This document shows positions 38,160-51,100 of a stretch of 64,000 nucleotides of DNA, piece after piece. Position numbers and translations under genes: made by a program. The notes beneath the pieces are model-generated. The model was not told the origin of the DNA and did no database searches. It worked only from the letters and a program-made list of their open reading frames with translations. Each line of letters begins with the position of its first letter. The first letter of the stretch is position 1. Source of the stretch: Mustelus asterias. Taxonomy: Eukaryota. The stretch spans positions 1,240,001-1,304,000 of the forward strand of contig NC_135823.1 in the NCBI RefSeq assembly GCF_964213995.1, given 5' to 3'.

Positions 38160-38870
38160 CGAACAAATGCCGTTTGACCTTCATTGTTGTTACCATCAAT
38201 GAATCCCCCATTGGCAAATTCCTTGGGATTACAGTTGACCAGAAACTCAACTCAACTCGCCACTTAAACACAACGGCTACAACAGCAGGTGAGAGGTTAG
38301 GAATACTGCGGCGAGTAACTCACCTCCTGACTCATCAAAGCATGTCGACTTTCGACAAGGCACAGGTCAGGAGAGTGATGGAGTACTCCCCACGTGAGTG
38401 ATTGAGTGTAGCTCGAACAACACTCAACAAGCTTCACACCATGCAGGTTAAAGTAAGCCACTTGTTTGGCACCACGTCCATTCCCTGCACAACTCGACGC
38501 TCAGGAGCAGCAGAGTTTAATATCTACAAGGTGCACTGCAGCAGTTCCACAACGATCCTTCGACATCACCTTCCAAACCAATGGCCACTTCCATCGAGCA
38601 GGACAACAATAGCAGATACACGGGAGCACTATCACATGCAAGTTCCCCTCAAGTCACTCATTGTCCTGGCTTGGAAATATATCGCCGTTCCTTCACAGTT
38701 GCTACGTGAAGATCCTGGAATTTCCTTCCTAACAGCACTGTGCGTCAACTCACATCAGGTCGACAACAGCGTTTCAAGAATGCAGCTCACCACCACGTCT
38801 CAAAGGCAACGAAGGATGGGCAATAAATGCTGGCCTTGCAAGCGACACACAGATCCCACGAATGAAGTAA
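38160..38870 (+). mobile_element. Old non-LTR retrotransposon 3' fragment
   Basis: LGITVDQKLN..LGILRRVTHLLT..KAQVRRVMEYSP resembles LINE RT C-terminal sequence; similar fragment at ~54500-55100. Confidence 0.7.
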
Positions 38871-40175
38871 AAAAAAAGTTTAAAAGTGGTATCCTCAAAT
38901 GTGGGAGTGAAATGAATAGAAACATCACATTGAATTTCTTGCAACGCATGAACGTACAGAATGGAATGCAAGACATAATGTTTGCGATTAGGGACCAATA
39001 ATCTGGCAGGCCTGTCAGAGTAGTTCCACATTCAGAGTGTGTCAGGTTGTGTGATAAAAGCATCACACCAACATTTATTTGAAAACTGAAACTGGTAATT
39101 ATACAGACCCAAAATGTCCACATCGCGTCGTTGAAAGCTGTATAAGAAAAGTGCCCCACCACCGAATTTCCCTTCCAGCCCTGTACATTTCTCACCAGCG
39201 AATCTACATGAAACTCCAGTTGTGAAATGTATTCTTACACGTGTTCCTTTGGCCTTTCAGGAGTGTTCCAGATTTTTAAACTAACAGCGTAAAATAATCT
39301 ATGAATCCAACTTATGCGCTGCTTCAGATCCTGACTTTAATGCAATTGGATTGCAGGTTATCGGAATTAAAAATGAAACAGATACCAAACGGAAACTAGA
39401 GATATTGCAGTGAGATTCCAGGAAATTGAAATGATGCCTCAGGACAAAAGGAATCTTAGAAAATTAATTCACCACTTCGTTTCCGGACATCAAAGGGCAT
39501 CCAGGGTGGGACTGATCCATATTCAATTCCAAAATCCACTGTCTGAAAAGAGTGGTGGAGGCAGATTCACTAATAACTTTCATCAAGGAAAACAGATGAG
39601 TTGAAGTATATTTATTAGTGTCACAAATGGGCTTACATTAACTCTGCAATGAAGTTAAAATGTGAAAATCCCATACTCTGGCGCCTGTTAAGGTATACTG
39701 AGGGACAATTTAACACGACGAATGCACCTAGCCAGCACGATTTTCGGACGGTGAGAAGAAACCAGAGCACCCGGAGGAAACCCTCGCAGACACGGGGTGT
39801 ACGTGCAGAGTCTGCACAGACAGTCAACCAAGCCAAGAATTGAATCGGGGTCCATGCCGCTGTGAGGCAGCAGTGCGACCCAGTATGCTACTCTGACATG
39901 CATATTCTGAGTTGAAGGGGAAATGCGACCGGTCTAGGGGGTGAAGTAATTAAAATTGAATGTTTATCCTATTTAATTCACAGACTTCAATTTCTTCGCA
40001 GCTGGTACATTACCTCAATTTAGTTGAATTCAAACCATCATTGCGGAGATTAACAACAGTCTATGTTGCTTCTGGGAACGACACACTGAAGAAGGGAAAG
40101 GGGGTTAACGTTTTTTGTACTCAATGCATTTTGTACCTAAAAGGTTGAAATTTGTACCTGGAATGTATCACAAAC

Positions 40176-40817
40176 ATAACCCTCCCTTATGGCTAGTCTG
40201 CCTTTGGTTATATTGCTCCTGGTAGTAGTGTCAGCCATTTCTTCATGCCTTTCATCTTTAACTTTTAGTCGTATGAGCCATTTGTTCATGGTTCCCTCCC
40301 TTGTATATATCATTCTGATAAAACAGACAGTTAAATGTAGATGTTGGGTTGCATGTCTTACTTTTCCCGTAGGGTTGTGTATGATTTAATCAAAGGAAGC
40401 AGCTACCAAATGGTAGAGTGCGAGAATGGCCGTTTGAAGGAGGACTCCCACTGGGGCAGCTGCAATCGCACACAGTCATTTCAAAGGAAAAGCCGCGGGA
40501 AGAGCGGGGGACCAGAGGTTGATTCTTGATTACAACTACCAGGACAATTGTGCTTTATGACCCAAGGATACCAGATAGTCTCTAACCATAAACCAGAGTG
40601 TGTTAAAGGAGCTATCATTTATGATCAAGGACTGTTAACTGGACTTTGCTTCATGACTTGTTTTGGGAACCCTGATGTATAAAGGTCCACGATTCTTGTG
40701 TTCAGGGAGAACATTGGCGTCCGCTTTCAAGGGGTCAAGTTCTCCCACAAGCTTGTGAGAATAAAGCCTACTCTATTTTGACTCATACCAGCGTCAGAGG
40801 TATTTTTATCGAATTCA
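40176..40817 (+). mobile_element. Solo-LTR-like insertion splitting the C1 exon of gene B
   Basis: Flanked by direct repeat CAAAC (40171-40175, 40818-40822). Internal GTATAAA (~40677) and AATAAA (~40760); ends in CA but lacks a clean TG start. Confidence 0.55.
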
Positions 40818-42280
40818 CAAACTCTTGGTCCAGTGTCCCCCTGGAATTCCCAGTTGAACAATGCAAGTACAAAGAGTGCCGCTTCTCCAAGTGTCCCCCG
40901 ACACCATGACATGACTTCTGATGCTGTAGGTTCCGTCCTCATCCATTATTCCGGGATCACGAGATCCTTCAGTGACCAGGCCAGAAATATTCCAGAAAAT
41001 AGCAATCTGGTTGGGGGAATCTCCACTGACGAAACACACTAAGGGCACGTTATCATTCAAATCCAGCTCACCCGGTAGCACAAATAACAGCACAGCCGTC
41101 TTATTTTTGGAAATGACTCGACAGAGACTGGGATACAGTTAACGATTAATTTACACGGAAATGGTAATGCTGTGCACAATCTGAATAAATTTATTTTGCC
41201 CTCTTACCTCCAACCAATAGTGTGGGCCCGTTCTGGAGCGGTCCATACCCAGCTTTATATGTACAGTGGTAGGAACCCGAGTCATTCGTCTGTACATTAC
41301 GAATTTTCAGAGTCAATACATTACCCGGATTGTTTTTTTTCAGAAATAAACTTACAGTCGGCCCCACCACTGTACCGGGGCTTCACCCAGACGCTGCTTG
41401 CACCAAGCAGAGTTAAACACCAAATCCACTTCATAAGTGTTATGACAGGATGATTCCACCGTCTGGCCTACTTCAGCTGTTATTGTGAAGGGGATTTGAG
41501 ACAGGTAGGCCGCAGATTCTGGAACGAGAGAGATTGTTGTTACATTACAACTGAGTGCTGTAATATCTGAAGCCACCCTTGACAAAAACCTCGCCTGTAA
41601 TTGAAGTCTAAAGTTTATTTATTATTCGCACAAGTAGGCTTACATTGACACTCCGAAGACGTTACTGTGAAAAATCCGCCAGTCAGCACAATCCGGTGCC
41701 TGTTCGGGGACACTGAGGAAGAATTTAACATGGCCCATGCACCTAACCAGCATACCTTTCGGACTCTGGGAGGAAACCGGAGCAGCCAGAGGAAATGCAT
41801 GCAGAAAAGGGGAAGGATGTGCAAACTCCACACAAATAGTGTTCCCAGCCGGGAATCGAACTTGTGACGCTGGCGCTGTGAGACAGACATGCTAACCATT
41901 GTTCCACCATGCCATTCAATTCCATTAATATTTGTAATCATTGTTGGTTACGTTTATTCTTTACTTTATTTCTTCTCATTTTTACAGGTGAAAACATTAA
42001 TAAATTGATATGATCAGGTCAAATTCCTTCATCTCAACACTGGTTCACGTTTTCAGCTCAGAAAATTTAAATGCTGGTTTATAAAAGTGAATCCGCTTAA
42101 AATTCACATCGGCCTCTCACTTACAGTGAAGCCGCAGTACTTGAAATACGATTATCAGAGAAAAAGATTATTTGACCATGTTGGTATAATTTCCCTTGTA
42201 TTCTGTCTGACTGCGTAGCTTCTGCAGACTGCACGCTGACCTGATCTGAGTCCTATTGATTTGGGGCTTTTCAGATTCGG

Positions 42281-42319
42281 TGGAAACTGTGACGAACTGG
42301 GCTGTGGAAAGTATGACAC
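42281..42319 (-). promoter_or_regulatory. Tandem NFAT:AP-1-like composite motifs upstream of gene B
   Basis: TGGAAACTGTGACGA (42281) and TGGAAAGTATGACAC (42305), about 100-140 bp upstream of the ATG; conserved upstream of gene C. Confidence 0.6.
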
Positions 42320-42499
42320 CATTGTGGGCAGTGTTGGGGTGAATACAATATTCGTTTGACAAACCTCGCCGTTTGATTGTAACGGCACAGAACTGGTAGA
42401 GTGCAATCAATAACTTTTCTCGATTGAAATTCAGAGTACTATTGGATGGATGCGTGCTCAATACACTGGGTAAACCTTTTTTTAAATTTTAAATCGCTG

Positions 42500-42852
42500 T
42501 GTTTTTAATCATTCGTGGGTCATGGCTGGCCAACCTTCACTGCCCATCCCTTGTTGCACTTGGAGGTCAGTTAAGAGTCAACCACATTGCTGCAGCTCTA
42601 AAGTCACATGTAGGCTAGACTGGGTAAGGAAAGTAGATTTCCTCCCTGAAAGGACATAAGTGAAGCAGATGGGTTCTTTCCTGACAATCAACAATGGGTT
42701 CATGGTCATAATAGGTCCTCAATTCCAGATATTTTGTATTGAATTCAAATTCCATCACCTGCCGTGGCGGGATTCGAACACGTGTTCCCAGAGCATTAGC
42801 TGAGTTTTGGGTTTAAGAATCTACCTGTTATCCCACGAGGCCATCACCTCCC
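42500..42852 (-). mobile_element. SINE of a second family (tRNA-like head, different body)
   Basis: Minus-strand head GGGAGGTGATGGCCTCGTGG..CTAATGCTCTGGG..GTTCGAATCCCGCCACGGCAG is shared with 52857-52940 and 384-475. Confidence 0.6.
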
Positions 42853-43591
42853 CAGAAACAGAAAACCGTCAATGAGATGGTGCTGCTGATCCAATTTTTA
42901 GGACATCGATTCTGTCGCAATCGGCCTTGCCGTCTTGAGTAAAAAGAGTCCCAGCCTGTTTTTCATTTCCTGTTATTTATATAACCTCAGTCCTGCAATC
43001 CTTCTCAGAAATCTTGTTTGTGCCGATTCCAGTGTTGCAATTTTCTCTTTGTACGATGGAGTGGTGGGGATAAAAGGTTAGCCCAAAGTTTAATTCAGGT
43101 GTTTTGTACAAAATAATGACGTTATGGCGTTACAATTATATTCCCCTGCTGTTTGGTCTGTACATTCGAAGTGAATTGCACAAGAAACCTCTTCAAAAAG
43201 AGTTGTGCGTCAAGTTGATTCACAGCGAATACATCAACAGGTTGGCACAATGCAGTTGTGAGCAGAGTCCAGTGAACTGAGTTCAGTTCCTGTGTGCAAA
43301 TTCGACATAGACAGTCACCAAAGCCGGAAATCAAACCCGGGTCTCTGGTGTAGTGAGACAGCAGTGATTACCAGGTGCCACCTTGCAGGGCTGCTGTCTT
43401 TGCGGAGTAAGCACGTTTTCTCTGAGTCTGGTTTCCTCCGGGTGCTCCGGTTTCCTTGCAGTCCGAACGACATGCTGGTCACGTGCATTAGCCATGCCAA
43501 ATTATCCCTCAGTGTATCCGAAAAGGCTCTGAAGTGTGGCGACTTGGGGGTTTTCGCAGTAACTTCATTGGAGTATGAATGTATGCCTATT

Positions 43592-44711
43592 AGAAACATA
43601 GAAACATAGAAAAACTACAGCACAAACAGGCCCTTCGGCCCACAAGTTGTGCCGAACGCATCCCTACCTTCTAGACCTACCTAGAACCCTACACCCTATT
43701 AAGCTCCATGTACTCATCCAGGAGTCTCTGAAAATACCCTATTGAGTTCGCCTCCAACACCACTGACGGCAGCCGATTCCACTCGCCCACCACCCTGTGT
43801 CCTCACGTAGCAGACATTTCCACGCTGGGATAAAGCCTCTGAGAGTCCACCCGATCTATGCCTCTCAACATCTTATAAACCTCTATTAGGTCTCCTCTCA
43901 TCCATCGTCTCTCCAAGGAGAAAAGACCGAGCTCCCTCAGCCTATCCTCATAAGGCATGCGACTCAATTCAGGCAACATCCTTGTAAATCTCCTCTGCAC
44001 CCTTTCAATCTTTTCCACATCTTTCCTATAGTGAGGCGAACAGAACTGAGCACAGTACTCTAAGTGGGGTCTCACGGGTCTTATATAGCTGCATCATTAT
44101 CCCCGGACTCCTTAACTGAATCGCTCGATTGATAAAGGCCAGCACACCATACGCCTTTTTAACCACCTCCTCCACCTGAGGGGCCGATTTTAGAGTCCTA
44201 TGGACCCGGACCCCAAGGTCCTTCTGATCCTCTACAGCACGAAGAGTCTTTCCCTTTTATTGTACTCCTTCATACCATTTGACCTCCCAAAATGGACCAC
44301 GACGCATTTATCTGGGTTGCAGTCCATCTGCCACTTGTCCGCCCAGTCTTGCATCTATTCTATGTCCCTCTGTAACATCTGACATCCCTCCAGACTATCC
44401 ACAACCCCACCAACCTTCGTGTCATCGGCAAACTTTCCAACCCATCCATCCGCTTCCTCACCCAGGTCATATATGAAAATTACAAACAGCAAGGGTCCCA
44501 GAACAGGTCCCTGGGGCACACCAGTGGTGTCCGACCGCCATTTAGAAAAAGACCCATCTATACCCACTCTCTGCCTCCTTTGGGCAAGCCAGTTCTGGAT
44601 CCACCAGGCAGCAGCCACTTGGATCCCATGCCTTCTCACTTTTTCTAGAAGCCTTGCATGGGGGACCTTATCGAACGCCTTGCTAAAATCCATATAAACC
44701 ACATCTACCGC
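43592..44711 (-). mobile_element. CR1-type LINE 3' part with TTTCTATG tail repeats
   Basis: ORFs 44355-44702 and 43803-44075 (FSKAFDKVPH, FADD, RPHLEYC). Confidence 0.92.
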
Positions 44712-46770
44712 ATAACAGTTGTTAGGGCTGCAGGATAGACATGTGCCTGTAAAAAAAGAAGGATAGTAAGTGTAGGATTCGAGAACCGTGGATAACCAGG
44801 GAAATTGAGGGATTGGTCAAAAAGAAAAGAGAGACGTACGTTAGGTCCAGGCAGCTGAAAACGGAGGGAGCTCTGGAGGAATACAAAGAAAGTAGGAAAG
44901 AACTCAAACGAGGAATTAGCAGGGCAAAAGGGAGTCACAAAATGTCCTTGGCAGACAGGATTAAGGAGAATCCTAAGGCATTTTATTCATACGTTAGGAA
45001 CAAAAGTGTTGTCAGGGAAAAAATCGGACCTGTCAGGGACAATTTGGGGAATTATGCTTAGAGCCCAAAGAAGTAGGGGAGATCCTAAATGAATACTTTA
45101 CGTCGGCATTCACAAAGGAGAGGGATGTGTTGACTGGGAGTGTCTCGGAGGGGATTGTTGACCCGTTAGAGAAAATCTCCATTACAAGAGAGGAAGTGTG
45201 AGGTTTTTTAGAAAACTGACAAATCCCCAGGACCTGCTGGAATCAATCCAAGGCTGCTCAAGGAGACGAGAGATGAAATCACTGGGCCTCTGACGCAAAT
45301 CTTTGTGTCGTCACTGGACACAGGTGAGGTCCCAGAGGATTGGAGGATAGCTAATGTGGTCACATTATTTAAGAAGGGTAAGAAGGATACCCCAGAAAAT
45401 TATAGGCCGGTGAGCTTGATGTCCGTGGTAGGGAAGTTGTTGGAGAGGATTCGTAGAGATAGGATGTATGCACAATTAGAAAGGAATAAACTTATTAACG
45501 ATAGTTAGCATGGTTTTGTGAGAGGGAGATCATGCCTCACTAACCTGGTGGAGTTTTTTGAGAAGTGACTAGAATGGTTGACGAGGGAAGGGCCGTGGAT
45601 GTCGTCTATATGGAATTTAGCAAAGCGTTTGACAAAGTCCTTCATGGTAGGTTGGTGCAAAAGGTTGGGTCCCTTGGGATTAAAGGGGAGGTGGCTCGAT
45701 GGGTGGAGAACTGGCTTGGTCACAGAAGACAGAGGGTGGTAGTGAAAGGGTCTTTTCCCGGCTGGATGCCTGTGACTAGTGGTGTTCCGCAGGGCTCTGT
45801 ATTGGGATCTCTGCTGTTTGTGATTTACATAAACGATCTGGAAGAACGTGTAACTGGGGTAATCAGTAAGTTTGCGGACAACACGAAAATGGCTGGACTG
45901 GCAGATAGTGAGGAACATTGTCAGAGGCTACAGAAGGATATAGATAGGCTGGAAATTTGGGCAAAGAAATGGCAGATGGACTTCAATCCAGATACATGGG
46001 AAGTGATGCATTTCGGTAGAACTAACGTGGGGGGGGGGGGGGGCTATATGATAAATGGCAGAACCATAAAGGGTGTAGATACGCAGAGGGTCCTGGGTGT
46101 GCAAGTCCACAGATCCTTGAAGGTGACGTCACAGGTGGAGAATGTAGTGAATAAGGCATATGGCATGCTTACGTTTATAGGACGGGGCATAGAGTATAAA
46201 AGTTGGGGTCTGATGTTGCAGTTGTGTTGGACGTTGGTTCGGCCGCATTCGGAATACTGCGTCCAGTTCTGGTCGCCACACTACCAGAAGGACATGGAGG
46301 CTTTAGAGATAGTGCAGAGGAGGTTTACCGGGATGTTGCCTGGTATGGAGGGGCTTAGTTATGAGGAGAGATTGGGTAAACTGGGGTTGTTCTCACTGGA
46401 AAGACGGAGGATGAGGGGTGACCTAATAGAGGTGTACTAAATTATGAACGGCATAGATATGGTGAATGGTGGGAAGCTTTTTCCCAGGTCGGTGGTGACG
46501 TTCACGAGGCGTCATAGGTTCAAGGTGAGGGGTGGGGAGGTTTCACAGGGATATCAGAAGGACGTATTTTACACAGAGGGTGGTGGGGACCTGGAATGCG
46601 CTGTCGGGCAAGGTGGTGGACGCGGACACAGTGGGAACGCGAAAGACTTATCTGGATAGCCACATGAACGGAGTTGGAATGGTGGGATACAAAATAATGA
46701 TCTAGTTTGGACCAGGGAACGGCGCGGGCATGGAGGGTCGAAGGGCCTGTACCTGTGCTGTGTTGTTCTT
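44712..46770 (+). mobile_element. CR1-type LINE (linker, RT, 3' UTR)
   Basis: ORF 45565-46440 with RT motifs; abuts the previous element back-to-back. Confidence 0.92.
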
Positions 46771-46794
46771 TTTTCTTTTTTCAACAATTGAATC

Positions 46795-48190
46795 AAAGAG
46801 TCATAGCACGGAGCGAGGCCCTTCGGCCCATCGTCTCGACGCCGGCCTTCGAGCACCTATTTATTCTCATCCCATTTCCAGCACTTCCGCCATAGCCTTG
46901 TATGCTAAGGCATTTCAAGTGCCCATCTAAATGCTTCTTAAATGTAGTGAGGGCCCCCACCTCTATCACCCTTTCAGGCAGTGAGTTCCAGATTCCCCCC
47001 ACCCTCTGGGCAAAAAAGCTTTTCCTCACATATCCTATAAACTTCCTCCTCCAAGCTTAAATCGTTGCCCCACGTTGGTTATTGACCCCTTCGCTAAAGG
47101 GAAAAGTTCCTTCCTATCCACCCTGTCAATACCACTCATAATTGTCTCACTTCAATCAGGTCTCCACCCAGCCTTGTCTCCTCCAAGGAAAACAACCCTA
47201 GCCTATCTCGTCCCTCTTCCAGGATGAAACGACCCAACCCAAGCAGCATCCTGGTGAATCTCTTCTTGCACCGTCCCTCGTTCAGTCAAATCCTTCCTGT
47301 AGTGTGGTGACAAGAACTGCACACATTATTCCAGCTATAAACTAAACAGTATTTCGGATTGCTCCATCAAATCCTCTCTGCTATCATATTCAATATCTCG
47401 GTTATTAAAATCAAGTTTCCTCATATGCCTTCTGAACCAACTCATCTACATGTCCTGCTGCCTTCTCAGATCTATGTATGTGCACATTAAAGTCCCTCTG
47501 ATCCTCTGTTCTTCCCCTGGTCCAGGCGTTCATTGTATATTCCCCTGCCTTGTTGTTTTTCCCAAAATGCATCACCACAAATTTATTCGATTAAATTCAA
47601 TTTGCCGCACTTCAAATCATCTGACCAGCCCTTCTCCAGCAACCTGTAATCTAAGGCTTTGGTCCTTACTATTTACATACCACCAATGAATGTCATTCGC
47701 GAACATACTTATCATACCTCCTACATTCACGTCTAGATCATTAGTGAACACTACAAACAAAAAGGGACCCAACACCTATCCCTGCGGAACACCACTGGAC
47801 TCAGCTTCCAGTCACAAAAACAACTTTCCACCATTACGCACTGCCTCCTGCCTCAGAATGAATTTTGGATCCAGTTTGCAAAATTGATTGGATCTCATCG
47901 GCTCCAACCTTGTTCATCAGCCTCCCATGCGGATCTGCTCAAAATCCTTACTGACGTCTACTTCAAGTAGACTACTTCAACTGCACTGCCCGCATCAACA
48001 CACATCATCACCTCATTGAACAATTGAGCTGAAATTGTGTGGCATGATTTCCCTTTGACAAAACAATGCCGACAATCCTTGATTGATCCTTGTCTCTCCG
48101 AGTGGGGATTAATTCTATCCATCAGATTATTTTCTTCCCGTTTCCCTCCCACTGGAGTTAAACTCAATTGCCTGTAATTTTCGGATTTGT
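46795..48190 (-). mobile_element. Decayed CR1-type LINE (counterpart of 13990-15055)
   Basis: FFAQRVGGIWNSLP; HCFVKGKSC..AVEVVYL. Confidence 0.82.
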
Positions 48191-51100
48191 TTTTTCGCTA
48201 CAATGACATCCGTTATGTCCGTCAGCACTGAGTAAAGAACTTTATGCTGATGTATTTCAAGTTCCCATCTCAATTTACATGCTCCAGATCAGAGAGCGTA
48301 TTGTATTAAAGTCTTACTGAGTGACTTTAAACAACGTCAGGACAAATACATCTTCATTATGTACTGTTAAGTTACATTTCTCTTCCTGATATTTGGTTCG
48401 GATTATCTTAAGCAGTTTCCTTTGCAAGCACTGTTCCTGTCCCCCAGCAGGTTCAGCCATTTCTCGGACGATGTGATGTTGAAAATACAAACTTCATTTT
48501 GGAGCAGATCTCTCACTCCCCCATTAATTATCGCTCAGTGCTTCTAATATCAGTTCAACATTATTTATGTTGACCATTTTTGAATGAAGGCGACAGTGCA
48601 CTGTTCAGGCACCGTCTGCCTGGAGACAATCGCGCTGAAGGAAAATAGCGCCACCTGTGAGCAAAGCCATATTGCAAGCCTGGCACCAGCGCCTTGGAAA
48701 ACTCGGAAAGGAAACTTTCGAAACTATTGAAAGAAAAGTTACTCATTCCCCAGCCACATATGATCTCTCAATATTATAGTCCTCGTGAGTTTAGTTCGCT
48801 TGGCCCAGTAAATTAGAAATGCAGTAAAGGCAGGGTCGCACACTGTTCTTGTCACATAGCTGGGACTCTTTATGTTGTTGCCTATTAGTGATGTCAGTTG
48901 AAAATTTGGAAACTGATTTTTGGTGGGGAGGTGAGCACTTGAACCGAGCCTGGTAGCTGAAGTGAAAATATAGATCAGCCGCTATGTGACTGTAAGAGAG
49001 AACAGGCTGGAGCTGCAGACTATGCCCCTTTTCTCCAGTGTCTGTGACCACATTGTACCATTCTGAAATTCCGTCTTCGGCAAGGACTGAAATGCTGAAG
49101 TATTTATTTCTGATTCAGCTATGCTGGTCAGAAATCACGATGTTTAATTTTCGTATGACCTTGCATTGATTGCAATTCCAGGTTTTCCTCCCACCCTGAA
49201 ATCAGTGATTTGCTGCTACTGTTCTGGCGTCAGATATAGACCATACCTGATATAGATGGTCGATTATTTTCCAGAAAAGAGATCAGTCATCGATCATATT
49301 GTTCATGGTCGCCATGGGTCATACTAGATTTTAATATATTTGCGTCAATTAATTCAATTTAAATGTTTCCATCCGCCCTGGTGCTATTTGCTCGTGTCCA
49401 TCCTCAGATAATCATTAAAACTTGTCACTCAACTGACTGCCTCAGAGTGACCACTTTCCTCTGGTGTGCAGCCACTCCAGGGTTCCTTACAGAGAGTGGA
49501 TACTGATAGGTCCGTGTACACAGGTTGGGCAACGGTCTTCTCTCCTCATGGCCTCCATTTAAGACATGAATTTCTTTCATTTTGCCGCCCTGATCGTGGC
49601 TGACCTTTCCAAAACTGATTATGGCTTTATGTCAACAGAAACAAAAAAAGGCAAAAGTTTTTTTTTAATGGTGGACGTGGAATCATTCTCAGCTCAGAAG
49701 AGCAGAACGTCCCAGTGGATATATTGGTGAATGTTTCCCCTGTTCGCTTCTGGTCAGCTGCAAATGGTTCATTCTTTCACCATGTAATTCCCATTATAGA
49801 AATTAGTTGGTGGCTTAATTTTCTACTGGACTTCTATCGCAGTGGTTCTAACCTTGCAAATTATTTGATTTGATTTGATTTGACTTCTTATTGTCACATG
49901 CATTAACATACAGTGAAAAGTATAGTTTCTTGCGTACAATACAGACAAAACATATCGTTCATGGAGAATGAAACAAACGAGTACCGAATGTAGTGTTACA
50001 TTCATAGCTCGGGTGTAGAGAAAAATCAGCTTCATGCAATGTAAGTCCATTCAAATGTCTGACAGCAAGACGAAGCTGTTCTTGAGTCGATTGGGACGTG
50101 ACCTCAGACTTTTGTATATTTTTCCCGAAGGAAGAAGGTGGAAGAGAGAACGTCCGGAGTGCGTGGGGTCATTAATTATCCTGGCTGCTTTGCCGAGGCA
50201 GCGGGAAGTGTAGACAGAGTCAATGGATGAGAGGCTGGTTGCTGCGCTGTTCGAAAGGAGGAGTGATGAAAACACAGACCTCCAAAGAGATGCTACAACG
50301 TTCAGGGTGTTATAAAGGTGGTGGGCTGCGGTTACACAAGGGATCGGAAGACATAATGAAAACGTACGTTTTGCAGAGACAACGTGCTGCGGTGAAAAGT
50401 GGCTCACTGGAAACGTCAGAGCAGTGTGGATTGTGGTTCAGCCTTTCCTGTTTATACATTAAGAGCCCTTGCACAGCTCAGTCTGCAACGAGAGATATCT
50501 TCCAGCTCGTGCTGAATACTCATTACGACTGATCAAAATTGTGTTGAAAATACAGTCTTGTTGAATTCAGCAACACGAATGTTTGTGAAATTCGAATGAG
50601 CACAGGGGATACCAGAATGTTGCGTTGAATTTATTCCTGAGACCGTACTATAATCTATTTTCAGCAAACACGGACCGAGTGAAGAATGATTCAGAATGTT
50701 TTAAGAACGGTTTCACCGAGAATAATTCTCCCTATGTCTTTGCATCATAATCGCACGTCTTGATTAGCGGGGTGTGGGGTATCTCCGTCGGGCTAGTCGT
50801 TATGCTTAACAGGCACTTGTTCCAACATCTATATAACCGCCGCCATCCCCAAACCACCACCCCCGCATCCCGCCCACCCCCACCATTAACCCACCATTCT
50901 ATTCCTTTCTCTTTCCTGAGTTAATCCAGTTTCCACATTATATGCATCTCGGTTGATCGGGACACTGTGGGAACGACTTCCTCATTATCCCCACGCACCG
51001 AGTAAATACGTTATTCGTGAATTCACTGTCATCTTTATTAATGACGATATCATACTCCCAGTAGTTCATCCTGTTCACTCCACACAAATGGACATAAACT

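Larger units (their letters stand above)
36463..42179 (-). pseudogene. Gene B: disabled VJ-C1-TM receptor paralogue. Exons L 42179-42125, V 41518-41208, C1 ~41120-40818 plus 40170-40158, TM 38074-37973, cyt 37630-37578, cyt 36512-36463; terminal exon not located
   Basis: Leader MVK*SFSLIIVFQVLRLH. V: LSQIPFTITAEVGQTVESSC..WCKQRLGEAP..LTLKIRNVQTNDSGSYHC..LQNGPTLLVG with frameshift. C1 homologous to gene A (VPLVCFVSGDSP..WNISG..TWRSGTLCTCIVQ). TM exon GLCNLEHPIVITVLVIPIVLWVLLYIWIWK with TAG/GTGAGT splice sites. Confidence 0.85.

Noticed and set aside
41551-41590. Perfect RSS nonamer ACAAAAACC (41582-41590) near gene B's V exon
   Set aside because: No CAC-starting heptamer at 12 or 23 bp (best is CTGAGTG at 24 bp), and it lies in the intron 5' of V; likely chance.
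43592-46770. Single twin-primed inverted LINE
   Set aside because: Both halves contain the same RT region and each has its own 3' tail, so they are two separate insertions.
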